Part shown: piece by piece, positions 49,224 to 59,856 of the stretch
Numbering within the stretch: the first letter of the stretch is position 1
Layout of the letters: every line of letters starts with the position of its first letter
Origin: Bacilli bacterium
Lineage (GTDB): Bacteria; Bacillota_I; Bacilli_A; RF39; UBA660
Assembly (NCBI GenBank): GCA_900768815.1
Contig: CAAGEE010000009.1
Coordinates: 12,930 to 76,929, forward strand
DNA: 64,000 nt
Direction: 5' to 3'
Notes under the pieces: model-generated
The model's database searches: none
What the model saw: the letters and a program-made list of their open reading frames with translations, nothing else
What the model was told of the DNA's origin: nothing
Translations under genes and position numbers: made by a program

Positions 49224-50873
49224 GTGGAATTTAAAAATGGTAAAAAATACAATGAAGTCTTATATAATACAACATATGGAAAAGCATTTTTTACTGGACT
49301 TATAGATTATCCAAGCTGTAGTAATTGCCAATTTAAAGCATTTAATAACTATAGCGATATAACACTAGGTGATGCTTGGGGTTATGAAAATCCTGAGTAT
49401 AAGCATAAAAATTCTCTAGTAATGTTAAACACTTCAAATGGTAAAGCTATCTATAATAAGATAAAAGCTAAACTAATTGAGTTTGATGACTTTGATACGG
49501 AAAAATTATTGAACTCAAATTACCCAATTCTTTACCCAACAAACAGTCATTATAATAGAAATAAAATAGAAAAATTGAGTAATAATATAAACAACCAATT
49601 AAGTTATTGGCAACAAGAGAAAAATGGTTTAAAAAAGGATAAAAATGGTGTTGGAATAATTAATTTTCATTATGAGAACTATAACTATGGAGCTAATTTA
49701 GTTGCTTATTCTCTAAGTGAAGCAGTTAAAAAGTTAGGTTTTAATCCTTATATAATAGATTTTGATCCCTTTCCAGAATTTAATCCTTTAGAAAGATATA
49801 GAACAATAGAGTTCCTAAACTTCCGTAAAAAATATTTAAATATGACACCAAAATTCAGTAGTAAAGATGAGTTAAATATTTTGAATGACTACTTAGATAT
49901 GTATATTACTGGTAGTGATCAAGTTTGGCGTAAACAAATAACAAGATCAAACATGACAACTTATTTTTTAGATTTTGCCAAGAATAAAAACAAAGTATCT
50001 TATGCAGCTAGTTTTGGTACCGATGATTTTGAAGGAACAGAAGAAGAATTAGAAGAATGCAAATGTCTACTTAGGACATTTTATAATATTTCAGTACGCG
50101 AAGAAACTGGTCAAAAAATACTTTCAAATAAATTTACTCAAGACTCAAGTCTTGTACTTGATCCAACACTATTGCTAAAAAAAGAAGAATATGAAAAATT
50201 AATAACTGAAACATATGACGAAAAAATAGATGTTGCCGTTTATTTTGTTATGGATCATGAAAATATAATTTTAAATGACAAAAACTTTAACAGACTATTC
50301 CCTAAGAAAAAAATAGTTAACATCAAAGGTAATCCAGAAACTTTAGGAACAACAACTATCTTTAAATATAATAGTATTTCTAAATGGTTAGATGGAATTA
50401 GAAAATGCGAATACTTAGTAACAGATTCATACCATGGTGTAATATTGGGAACAATATTTCATAAGAAAATAATTTGTATAGGTAAAAAGAGTAAAGCTCT
50501 AAGTAGATTTAAAACACTTTTTAAAAATTTAGGTGGAAACCTAGAGTCTATCAATTTTAGTAGTTTAAGCAGTGTAAAAAGCCCTGAAATAGTCATTAAT
50601 TATGAAGAAATAGATAAAAACATTGAAAAACTAAAAGAGAGTTCTTTTGACTTTTTAAAAGATAACATAGGTTCCAACAAAGTAAAAGTAGATATTGATT
50701 ATGAAAAATTGTTTCTTCAAAATAAAATATTAAAGGAACAGATAAAAGAACTAAATGTTAAATATGAAGATGCCATAGAAGAAAAAAATAAAATATTAAA
50801 TTCTAAGAGTTGGCGCTTAACAGAAATATTAAGAAAGATAAAACGTATTATGAGGAGATGTAAAAGTGAATAA
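49224..50873 (+). CDS. FrhB-like C-terminal part fused to a polysaccharide pyruvyl transferase domain (CsaB/WcaK-like) with a C-terminal coiled coil
   Basis: Same frame as the previous ORF, 34 codons after its TAG. …DITLGDAWG… (FrhB C-terminus), then …VGIINFHYENYNYGANLVAYSL… (pyruvyl transferase). No ATG; GTG at 49224. Confidence 0.6.
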   Translation: MEFKNGKKYNEVLYNTTYGKAFFTGLIDYPSCSNCQFKAFNNYSDITLGDAWGYENPEYKHKNSLVMLNTSNGKAIYNKIKAKLIEFDDFDTEKLLNSNYPILYPTNSHYNRNKIEKLSNNINNQLSYWQQEKNGLKKDKNGVGIINFHYENYNYGANLVAYSLSEAVKKLGFNPYIIDFDPFPEFNPLERYRTIEFLNFRKKYLNMTPKFSSKDELNILNDYLDMYITGSDQVWRKQITRSNMTTYFLDFAKNKNKVSYAASFGTDDFEGTEEELEECKCLLRTFYNISVREETGQKILSNKFTQDSSLVLDPTLLLKKEEYEKLITETYDEKIDVAVYFVMDHENIILNDKNFNRLFPKKKIVNIKGNPETLGTTTIFKYNSISKWLDGIRKCEYLVTDSYHGVILGTIFHKKIICIGKKSKALSRFKTLFKNLGGNLESINFSSLSSVKSPEIVINYEEIDKNIEKLKESSFDFLKDNIGSNKVKVDIDYEKLFLQNKILKEQIKELNVKYEDAIEEKNKILNSKSWRLTEILRKIKRIMRRCKSE

Positions 50874-52752
50874 TAAGGTAAGCATAATAATTCCAGTATA
50901 TAATGGTGAAAACTATATAAGAGAATCTATAAATTCTGCTTTGAATCAAACTTATAAAAATATTGAAATTGTAGTTGTTAACGATGGTTCAAAGGACAAT
51001 ACTGATGAAATATGTAAAAGCTTTGGTAAAAAAATAAAATATATAAAGAAAGAAAATGGTGGAGTAGCAACAGCTTTAAATACAGGAATTAAAGCAGCAA
51101 AGGGACAATATATTGCTTGGTTAAGTCATGATGATTTGTATAAAGAAAATAGAATTGAAAAAGGAATAGAAGCCCTAAGTAAACAAAAAAATAAAGACAC
51201 AATTATTTTTTCAAACTTTGAATTAATTGATTCTAAAGGAAAAGTATATTCTAGAACCCATTTTTTAAGTGATATTTCTAGGGAAAAACTATGTCAAGGA
51301 TTTTATCCTGTCGTATGTGCTGCTATTAACGGATGTACAACATTGATAAATAAAAACTGTTTCAAAAAAGTAGGTTTGTTTGATGAGAACTTAAGAACTT
51401 CACAAGATTATGATATGTGGTTAAAATTACTTAAAATATATCCATCATATTGCCTAGATGAACCATTAGTACAATATAGAATCCATCCTGGACAAGATAC
51501 TATTAAAAATCCATTAACAATAAAGGAATCAAATGAAATCTGGAAAAGAATAATAAATGATTTAAAACCTGATATTATTAGTTCATGGAATTTAAACCCA
51601 ACTCAAGTATATTTTGAACTATATAATAGAATGAGTTCTTCACACTATGAAGAAGCCGCAGAAGAGGCCTTGAAAAAAGTAAAAGAAAGTTACAAACAAA
51701 AGACCCCAGTATTATCAATTATGATGCCATGTTATAATGCTGAAAATTATTTAAAAGAAGCAATTGATTCCATTTTAAATCAAACTTATTATGATTTTGA
51801 ATTGCTAGTTGTAGATGATGCTTCTACTGATACATCAAAAACAATAATAAAAGAATATGAAAAAAAAGATAGTCGTGTTCACTACTTAAAAAATGAATTT
51901 AAAAAAGGAGTATCAGGAGCTCTAAATACCGCTATAAAAAACGCCAAAGGAAAATTTATCGCAAGACAAGATGCCGATGATGTATCTGATAAAGACCGAT
52001 TAAAAATACAAATAAAATGCTTGGAAGATAATAGTAATTTAGGTTATTGTGCTGTAAATATTAATTTTTTAGATAAAAATTCCAATATCATAAAAGAAAA
52101 TATATACAAAAGTCCTATTGGCCCTATTGAATATGAAGCAGCCTTTGTAAATCCAGTTCCAAATGGAACATTGATATACAGAAAAGAACTAATAGATAAA
52201 TATAAACTTGAATTCGTTTATCAAAAAACAGCTGAAGATTATGAATTCTTCTTACAATACATTTATAACTCAAAATTACCCGGTAAATTTATAGAAAATT
52301 CACTATATAATTATAGGGTATTAGAAGATAGTCTCTATCATTCAAATTTAGAAAAGTCAATTGAATATGGAGAAAAGTCAGCAATGAATTATTATAATAA
52401 AGTTACTGGAACAACAATAAAAAAAGAAAAGTTTGATCTTGTAAGTCTCTTTAATGGTTATAGTTTTGAAACGGATTATAATGAAATTGCCAAAATCTAT
52501 TATAATGCCTTACCAAAATTCCAAAAATATTTTAATTGGAATGATGATGAATGTTTTAAAGTTATTGAATACATAATGGAACAAAAGGTTATCTATCATG
52601 AAAATACAAAACCATATAAAGAAACAATAAAAGGTAAAATTAAATATCAACTAGATGAAAAAGGTTTTTTAGGAGCAATGAAATGGATGTTATGTTATCC
52701 AACCAAAGTACCTAGAAAAATATTAAATAAGATTAGTAAAAAAGGAAGATAG
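50866..52752 (+). CDS. tandem double GT2 glycosyltransferase (two GT-A domains in one polypeptide)
   Basis: VSIIIPVYNGENYIRESINSALNQTY…VNDGSKDNT and LSIMMPCYNAENYLKEAIDSILNQTY…VDDASTDTS. Confidence 0.8.
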   Translation: MNNKVSIIIPVYNGENYIRESINSALNQTYKNIEIVVVNDGSKDNTDEICKSFGKKIKYIKKENGGVATALNTGIKAAKGQYIAWLSHDDLYKENRIEKGIEALSKQKNKDTIIFSNFELIDSKGKVYSRTHFLSDISREKLCQGFYPVVCAAINGCTTLINKNCFKKVGLFDENLRTSQDYDMWLKLLKIYPSYCLDEPLVQYRIHPGQDTIKNPLTIKESNEIWKRIINDLKPDIISSWNLNPTQVYFELYNRMSSSHYEEAAEEALKKVKESYKQKTPVLSIMMPCYNAENYLKEAIDSILNQTYYDFELLVVDDASTDTSKTIIKEYEKKDSRVHYLKNEFKKGVSGALNTAIKNAKGKFIARQDADDVSDKDRLKIQIKCLEDNSNLGYCAVNINFLDKNSNIIKENIYKSPIGPIEYEAAFVNPVPNGTLIYRKELIDKYKLEFVYQKTAEDYEFFLQYIYNSKLPGKFIENSLYNYRVLEDSLYHSNLEKSIEYGEKSAMNYYNKVTGTTIKKEKFDLVSLFNGYSFETDYNEIAKIYYNALPKFQKYFNWNDDECFKVIEYIMEQKVIYHENTKPYKETIKGKIKYQLDEKGFLGAMKWMLCYPTKVPRKILNKISKKGR

Positions 52753-52756
52753 AAAT

Positions 52757-53737
52757 ATGAGTAAAAATGATCCCAAAGTAAGTATAATAATACCCGTATA
52801 TAATGGTGCTGATTACATGAAATATGCCATTGATAGTGCTCTAAGTCAAACTTATAAAAACATTGAAGTAATAGTTGTAAATGATGGAAGTAAAGATGAT
52901 GGCAAAACAAAAAAGATTGCTAAAGAATATGGTAGTAAAATTAAATATTATGAAAAAGAAAATGGTGGGGTCTCAACTGCTTTAAATCTTGCTATTAAAA
53001 AGATGACTGGTGACTACTTTTCATGGCTAAGTCATGATGATGAATACTTTCCAACTAAAGTAGAAGAAGAAGTAAAGGCTTTAAAAAATACAACTAAAAC
53101 TATTGCTATCAGTGATTTTTGTACAATAGATGAGCATGGTGTTTTTATGAGTAATATTACTTTTGAACATGAAAAAGTAGAAAGAAGTAGTTACTTTCCT
53201 CTATTTGAGGGAAAATTAAATGGTATAACACTTCTTATTCCAAAAGATGCTTTTAATAACTGTGGAAACTTTGATGAAAGTCTAAGATGTACTCAGGATT
53301 ACGATTTATGGTACAAAATGCTAAACAAAGGTTACAAGTTAAAACATATTCCTAAAGTACTTGCAAAATCCCGTCAACATCGTAATCAAACTACTTATTT
53401 AAGTCCTAATACCAAACGTGAAGGAAATGAATTATGGATAAAGTTAGTGGATACTCTTCCTAAAAAAGAAAAAGAAAAACTATATGGAAGTGAATATAAC
53501 TTCTATTTATATATGTTAGAAACAATGTACTGCGCTGGTTATGATCAAGCTTATAATCATTTAAAAGAACTACTTAATGAGAAATACACTACAAAAAAAT
53601 TCAAAACCATTTGTAAAATTATAAACATAAAATATAAAAACAAAAAGGAAAAAATATTTGGAATTATCAAAAGAACTTGCAAAAGAAGTTTTAAAGAGAA
53701 TATAGAATTAATAAAAAGAAAGGTATTTAAAAAATGA
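52757..53737 (+). CDS. glycosyltransferase family 2
   Basis: VSIIIPVYNGADYMKYAIDSALSQTY…VNDGSKDD. Confidence 0.85.
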   Translation: MSKNDPKVSIIIPVYNGADYMKYAIDSALSQTYKNIEVIVVNDGSKDDGKTKKIAKEYGSKIKYYEKENGGVSTALNLAIKKMTGDYFSWLSHDDEYFPTKVEEEVKALKNTTKTIAISDFCTIDEHGVFMSNITFEHEKVERSSYFPLFEGKLNGITLLIPKDAFNNCGNFDESLRCTQDYDLWYKMLNKGYKLKHIPKVLAKSRQHRNQTTYLSPNTKREGNELWIKLVDTLPKKEKEKLYGSEYNFYLYMLETMYCAGYDQAYNHLKELLNEKYTTKKFKTICKIINIKYKNKKEKIFGIIKRTCKRSFKENIELIKRKVFKK

Positions 53738-54858
53738 AAAAAATAACTATTCTTGCTCTTCATTTAGATTATGGTGGTATTGAAAAATATATATCTTATT
53801 TATGCAAAATGTTTGAAAAAAAATATGACATAGAAATTATTTGTACATATAAATTTCAACCACAACCAGCCTTTGAATTTTCAAATAAAATAAAAATAAA
53901 ATACCTTATTGAAGATAACTTAAAAGATTTAAGTATAAAAGATCTGTTAAAGAAAAAAAAGTTCCTAAAGATAATAAAAGAAGTATTAAGACGCTTAAAG
54001 ATTAAAAAAACATCTTATAAATTAAATAAACAAGCTATTCAAAATCTTGATACTGATTACATCATAACAACTAGAACTTTTCATAACAGAATCGTAAATA
54101 AGTATGCTAAAAAAGATATAATCAAAATTGCAACAGAACATAATCATCATAATAATGATAAAAAGTACATTAATGATTTAGTAAAATCTATTACTAATTT
54201 TGATTATTTCATACTATGTACTAAAGAATTATATGATTACTATAAAGATATAGTTAAACCTAAATGTATTTTAATTCCTAACCCTGTAATAATTGATAAT
54301 AATATTGTTTCAAAGCTAAATAATAAAAATATTGTTTCTGTAGGCAGACTATCTCCAGAAAAAGGTTTTGAAGACTTAATCGATGTTATGAAAATAATTT
54401 CTAGAAAAGATAAAGATATTACCTTGACTATCTGTGGTGACGGTTATTTAAGAGAAAAAGTTGAAGAGAAAATAAAAAAGCTAAAGCTTGAGAAAAAAGT
54501 AAAACTATTAGGTTTTGTTAAAGGAAAAGATTTAGAAAATGCTTATGTAAATTCTAGTCTCTATGTTATGCCAAGTATTAGTGAATGTTTTGGCTTAGTT
54601 TTATTAGAAGCTATGCATTATGGACTACCTTGTCTTTCTTTTGATAGTGCATCTGGTGCCAGAGAACTTCTAGGAAATGATACCGGAGTCCTAATAAAAG
54701 ATCGTAATAAAGCAGCCATGGCCAATAAGATTATTGAACTTTTAAATAATAAAAAAGAACTTACCGATTATAGTAAAAAATCTCTAGACAAGGTATCAAA
54801 TTATAGCCTTAAAAAAATAAATACACTTTGGGAAAAAGAAGTATTAAGTAATAATTAA
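53734..54858 (+). CDS. glycosyltransferase family 4 (GT-B)
   Basis: …PSISECFGLVLLEAMHYGLPCLSFD… (E-x7-E). Confidence 0.85.
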   Translation: MKKITILALHLDYGGIEKYISYLCKMFEKKYDIEIICTYKFQPQPAFEFSNKIKIKYLIEDNLKDLSIKDLLKKKKFLKIIKEVLRRLKIKKTSYKLNKQAIQNLDTDYIITTRTFHNRIVNKYAKKDIIKIATEHNHHNNDKKYINDLVKSITNFDYFILCTKELYDYYKDIVKPKCILIPNPVIIDNNIVSKLNNKNIVSVGRLSPEKGFEDLIDVMKIISRKDKDITLTICGDGYLREKVEEKIKKLKLEKKVKLLGFVKGKDLENAYVNSSLYVMPSISECFGLVLLEAMHYGLPCLSFDSASGARELLGNDTGVLIKDRNKAAMANKIIELLNNKKELTDYSKKSLDKVSNYSLKKINTLWEKEVLSNN

Positions 54859-54987
54859 TATTTCTTTTTTTCTGACTAAATCCACAATAATAAAGTTAAA
54901 AAAATCTAATTTATTTTTTTACCCTGAAATCATTTGCGAATTTTATTTATTTCTACTATAATGTTATTAAGGGTAGGGTGAATATAT

Positions 54988-56100
54988 GTGAATAATAATC
55001 GAAATTCAAATTATGAATTAATGCGTATAATATCTATGTTTTTAATTGTACTAGGACATGTAATCGTGTTTACTGGACTTCTAGATACAACTAATCAAAG
55101 TGTAAATATTATTTATAACCTACTAGAATTTACTTTAATAGTCCATGTAAATTCATATGTCTTAGTTTCTGGATATTTTCAATCAAAAACAACATTTAAG
55201 CAAAAGAAGATATGGCAAATAATAAATGCCAGTTGGTTTTATCGTATTATAATAATGATAGTATTTTCTTTACTAGGTATAATCTCAATAAGTAAAGTTC
55301 AAGTTTTAAAAGATATTCTCCCAGTAACTATTGATAACTACTGGTTTATAAAAGTATATTTATTACTATATTGCCTAAGTCCCTTTATAAATAAATTAAT
55401 AAATAATCTTGATAAAAGCTCATATCAAAAACTATTAGCAGTCGGTTTCATAATATTTAGTATAATACCATGTATAACAGCAAATGAATTTTTCCAAAAC
55501 AATGGTTATACTCTTTATAATTTTATTTACTTATATTTAGTAGGAGCTTATCTAAGAGATTACCCTTTAGAAGAAAGCTATCTCTTTAAAAAAATGTCCA
55601 AAAGACTATACAAAATAGTCATATTAGTAATAATATTATCCTGTGTTCTTTTAAATAATACGCTTTATTATTTTAGTAAACAAATACAAGGAACAAATGA
55701 ATTATTAAATTTAATTTCTAGTAATATTCAAATGACGAGACTATTTTATAGTAATCCTATAATAATTATTCAAAGTATTGCATATTTCGCCTTCTTTAAA
55801 ACCCTAAACATCCAATCTAAATTTATTAATAATGTTTCTAAACTAATGTTAGGAGTTTATTTCCTACACGAAAATAATTACATTAGAGCTAAACTATACA
55901 CTAATCTAGCAACTGGTCCTATAAATTCTTTATCATTTATACCATGTGTCTTTTTAGCAGCACTAATTATCTTTATATCATGTGCATTAATAGAAGCAAT
56001 AAGACAAGTCATGTTTAAGTTTATTTACAATCGAAAAATATCTTCAAAAATAAGAGAAAACTATTATCAAAAACTCAAAGAGATTTATTTATTAAAGTAA
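54988..56100 (+). CDS. acyltransferase family 3 (AT3) membrane O-acyltransferase
   Basis: …ELMRIISMFLIVLGHV… and 10 TM. GTG start at 54988, or the ATG 11 codons in. Confidence 0.75.
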   Translation: MNNNRNSNYELMRIISMFLIVLGHVIVFTGLLDTTNQSVNIIYNLLEFTLIVHVNSYVLVSGYFQSKTTFKQKKIWQIINASWFYRIIIMIVFSLLGIISISKVQVLKDILPVTIDNYWFIKVYLLLYCLSPFINKLINNLDKSSYQKLLAVGFIIFSIIPCITANEFFQNNGYTLYNFIYLYLVGAYLRDYPLEESYLFKKMSKRLYKIVILVIILSCVLLNNTLYYFSKQIQGTNELLNLISSNIQMTRLFYSNPIIIIQSIAYFAFFKTLNIQSKFINNVSKLMLGVYFLHENNYIRAKLYTNLATGPINSLSFIPCVFLAALIIFISCALIEAIRQVMFKFIYNRKISSKIRENYYQKLKEIYLLK

Positions 56101-56221
56101 AGAGTAAAGATACTGTTAAAAATAAAAAAACATATCTTTTTTTTCTTCTAAAAATTAAAAAACAAGACTACGTATGATATAATAAATTCATATATATTTA
56201 AACTATATACGGAGTGATTTT

Positions 56222-56920
56222 ATGCATAAAACATTAAAAATATTATTAATATCATTACTAGCTTTTCTTCTAGTTTTAGTAGGAGCAGCAGCTAATAATA
56301 TTACAAATATAAAATTAAATAAAGAAGGAAAAACTCAACAAACAATAGAAAAAGAAGAAAAGAAAACCGAAAACATCGTTTTTTTAGGTGACTCTATAAC
56401 TGAAATATATCCTTTAGAAGACATATTTGGTAAAGTACCTATTGTTAAATCTGGTATATCTGGTTACAGGACAAAAGATATCTTAGAACAGTTAAGAAAA
56501 ATGGTATATCAATACAATCCTAGCAAAGTAATACTTTTAATAGGAACAAATGATTATTTAGATGATTCAACACCAGACGAAGTTGCCTCAAACATAAAAG
56601 AAATTGTACAAGAAATACATAAGCATCGAAAAAACACAGAAATATATATTGAGTCAATCTATCCCATAAATAAAAACTTAAAAAAAGAAATGGTTGCTAA
56701 TAGAGATAATGATAAAATTATAGAAACAAACAAAAAAATTAAAGATATCTGCAAAGAAAAAAATCTAACATATATTGATATGTATAATGAATTAATAGAT
56801 GAAGATGGAAACTTTAACAAAAAATATACTTATGATGGTCTTCACCCTAATACTTTAGGTTATGCCAGAATAAGCCAGGTCTTATCACAATATATTTATA
56901 AAAACAAAAAGGACATCTAA
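56222..56920 (+). CDS. SGNH/GDSL hydrolase-fold protein with an N-terminal signal anchor (likely the esterase/transfer partner of an AT3 acyltransferase)
   Basis: Block I FLGDSITE, block III GTNDY, block V DGLHPN. Confidence 0.85.
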   Translation: MHKTLKILLISLLAFLLVLVGAAANNITNIKLNKEGKTQQTIEKEEKKTENIVFLGDSITEIYPLEDIFGKVPIVKSGISGYRTKDILEQLRKMVYQYNPSKVILLIGTNDYLDDSTPDEVASNIKEIVQEIHKHRKNTEIYIESIYPINKNLKKEMVANRDNDKIIETNKKIKDICKEKNLTYIDMYNELIDEDGNFNKKYTYDGLHPNTLGYARISQVLSQYIYKNKKDI

Positions 56921-56927
56921 GTCCTTT

Positions 56928-57980
56928 TTAAAATAGCCATTTACCAATAAATTTTATTTTCTTAATTAAATAGACAATTACCAAGGATATAACAAATATC
57001 AATACAGAAATAATTGGTACAGATAAAATAGTATTAAAAGATCTAATCTGAATAAGATTATAGTCAAACAATGTATACATTACTAGCATATGAATCATAT
57101 AAATGCCTAAAGTACAATTGGATATATTAGTAATTTTCTTACTAAAAACATCCTTACCAACAAAGGTATGATTCTTAAAGAATAAGAATACGCCTATAGC
57201 TTCAATAGCTGTAAATATAGAAAAATCCTTCATTAAATTAGAATTATTATAACCTAAATACCTAGATAATATGTAACATCCTATAAAACATAGAAAAACA
57301 CTAACTATAGAGAGAACATAAATACTTTTAGTAAACTTTTTAGAAACACCATAATTGTATAAGAAATAACCTAATATAAAATAACTATAATAATTACAAA
57401 TAATATCTATAGGTAATAACTTTAAAAATAATAAAATATATTCATAAAAAGGTAAAAACTCCAAATATGAAATAGTTTTTAGTAAAGAAGAACTAATAAA
57501 TAAAATTAAAAAGTACTTAAAAATCTTCTCATTACTATTTTTTATAAATTTATATATAAACGGAGAAATCATATAAATACCTATTATAGTAGGTATAAAC
57601 CACAAGTGAAAATGCCCAGTTATAAAAGAATATAAAAAATTACTACTATCAATTCTCTTGGTAAAAACACTAAATACTGCATATATAAAAGACCAAATAA
57701 CAAAAACTAAAGCTAGTCTAAAAATATTCTTAGTATATAATTTTTTCAAACTATTTTGTGTTTTTTCATTTAAAAAAAACACTCCAGAAATCATTAAAAA
57801 TAATGGAACTGTACTTCTAAACATGCTATCATACATATCATAACTAAGCCATTCAATACTTTTTGCTGGTGTATCAAGAAAGTTATGTGCCGAAACATGA
57901 ACAATTATAACCATAAAAGAAGCCAGTATTCTAAGTAAATCCATGTTATAATCTCTTTGACTACTATTTTTATCTATCAT
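56928..57980 (-). CDS. second acyltransferase family 3 (AT3) protein, opposite strand
   Basis: …MDLLRILASFMVIIVHVSAH…. I chose the start at MIDKN (57980) with a GAGGGTGG RBS. Confidence 0.75.
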   Translation of the reverse strand: MIDKNSSQRDYNMDLLRILASFMVIIVHVSAHNFLDTPAKSIEWLSYDMYDSMFRSTVPLFLMISGVFFLNEKTQNSLKKLYTKNIFRLALVFVIWSFIYAVFSVFTKRIDSSNFLYSFITGHFHLWFIPTIIGIYMISPFIYKFIKNSNEKIFKYFLILFISSSLLKTISYLEFLPFYEYILLFLKLLPIDIICNYYSYFILGYFLYNYGVSKKFTKSIYVLSIVSVFLCFIGCYILSRYLGYNNSNLMKDFSIFTAIEAIGVFLFFKNHTFVGKDVFSKKITNISNCTLGIYMIHMLVMYTLFDYNLIQIRSFNTILSVPIISVLIFVISLVIVYLIKKIKFIGKWLF

Positions 57981-58105
57981 AATGAACCACCCTCTATAAT
58001 AAAAGTATATCATGTTTTTTTATAAATGAAAGGTTAATTTTACATACTAGTAAAAATTATAAAAGATGGTATAATATATCTATCGAAGGGAGGCTGAATC
58101 TATTT

Positions 58106-59032
58106 ATGAAAAAATGTGCTATTATTATGAATCCTGAATCAGGTAAAATAAAAAGCATAGGTAGTAAAAAGAACTTTTATGATATTTTACGAAAATATGG
58201 TTATGATGCCGAAATAAAATACACAAAACAACCTAAAGATGCTACAGAAATAGTAAAGAATCTTCCAAATGACATAGATCTAGTAATAAGTGCCGGTGGC
58301 GATGGTACTTTAAATGAAGTTGTTACTGGAAATATGGCTAGAACTAAAAAACTAACTTTAGCAAATCTTCCTATGGGAACAACAAACGATGTAGGTCACA
58401 TGTATGGACTAAATAGTGATTATATAAAAAATTTAGAATTAATTTTATCAGGAACTATAAAAACAATTGATATCTGCTACATGAATGATGAACCATTTAT
58501 TTACGTTTGCTGTCTAGGAGACTACATTGATATGTCTTATAATACTCCAAGAGAACTAAAAAAGAAATATGGAAAAATAGCTTATATCATCTATGGTTTA
58601 AAACAACTTAGAAATAGTATCCATACTTATAACATTAAATATAGAATAGAGGGCAAAGAGTACACCGGAAATTATGCTTACTTTTTTATAACAAACTCAT
58701 CACGTGTTGCTGGTATGAATGATATTTATTGTGAAGATATAAAACTAAATGATGGCATGTTTGAAGTAGCACTAGTACCACTAAAAAATAAAAAAGATAT
58801 GTTAAAAGCATTCTTTGAATTAAGTCGTTATGGTCTAAAAAATATTTCTAATGTTACATATTATCAAACAGATAATTTTGAGTTAGAATTTCTTGATCCA
58901 CCTAAAGTGTCATGGTGTATAGATGGAGAAGAGTATAAAACTTCAAAGCATGTTTTAAACTTTAATGTAACAGGAAAAATGAAAATGTTATTACCCAAAG
59001 AAAATATAAATAGATTATTTAAGGAAGAGTAG
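58106..59032 (+). CDS. diacylglycerol-kinase-catalytic-domain lipid kinase (YegS/DagK/BmrU family)
   Basis: …LVISAGGDGTLNEVV… RBS GGGAGG. Confidence 0.8.
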   Translation: MKKCAIIMNPESGKIKSIGSKKNFYDILRKYGYDAEIKYTKQPKDATEIVKNLPNDIDLVISAGGDGTLNEVVTGNMARTKKLTLANLPMGTTNDVGHMYGLNSDYIKNLELILSGTIKTIDICYMNDEPFIYVCCLGDYIDMSYNTPRELKKKYGKIAYIIYGLKQLRNSIHTYNIKYRIEGKEYTGNYAYFFITNSSRVAGMNDIYCEDIKLNDGMFEVALVPLKNKKDMLKAFFELSRYGLKNISNVTYYQTDNFELEFLDPPKVSWCIDGEEYKTSKHVLNFNVTGKMKMLLPKENINRLFKEE

Positions 59033-59040
59033 GAAGTAAT

Positions 59041-59835
59041 ATGAAGTTAAAAAAGAAAATTAATAAACCAAAACAAACTCTTATAACTTATCTATTATTA
59101 AGATTTTTAGTAATTGTTTGTATGGTTGCTCAAGGAATGAAAGGTAACTGGGAAAACGTTTTACTGTGTGTTCTAACCTTAGTATTATTTACATTACCTG
59201 GTCTAATATCTGAAAAATTTAATATTGAATTACCATCAACACTAGAAATAATTGTTTATATGTTTATTTTTGCTGCTGAAATATTAGGTGAAATATCTAA
59301 TTTCTATGGTCTTATCAAACAATGGGATAGTATGCTACATACTATAAATGGTTTTATCTGTGCCGCCATAGGTTTTTCTCTAATTGATATTTTAAATCGA
59401 AATAAATATGTTCACATGGATATGTCAGCATCATTTGTAGCCCTAGTATCAATTTGTTTTTCTATGACAATTGGTATACTTTGGGAATTTGCTGAGTTTT
59501 CAATCGATAGAGTCCTAAACAAAGATATGCAAAAAGACCGCATCGTAACAACCGTCTCATCAGTAGCATTAAACCCATCAGGTGCCAACATTCCAATTGT
59601 TGTTGATAATATAAATAAAACAATTATTTATAGTGATAATAATACCAGAGAAACAGTAATAGAAAACGGTTATTTAGATATTGGACTAATAGATACTATG
59701 AAAGACTTATTTGTAAACTTTGTAGGAGCAATAGTATTTTCAATACTAGGATATCTTTATATCAAAAATAGAGATCAATACAAGTTAGCTGAAAAGTTTA
59801 TTCTAAGTCCTAAAAAGAAAGAACAGAATAGTTAA
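59041..59835 (+). CDS. hypothetical polytopic membrane protein
   Basis: RBS AGGAAG. About 6 TM. Contains …ILWEFAEFSIDRV…. Family unknown. Confidence 0.45.
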   Translation: MKLKKKINKPKQTLITYLLLRFLVIVCMVAQGMKGNWENVLLCVLTLVLFTLPGLISEKFNIELPSTLEIIVYMFIFAAEILGEISNFYGLIKQWDSMLHTINGFICAAIGFSLIDILNRNKYVHMDMSASFVALVSICFSMTIGILWEFAEFSIDRVLNKDMQKDRIVTTVSSVALNPSGANIPIVVDNINKTIIYSDNNTRETVIENGYLDIGLIDTMKDLFVNFVGAIVFSILGYLYIKNRDQYKLAEKFILSPKKKEQNS

Positions 59836-59856
59836 TACATATCGAGGTGTAATTAA

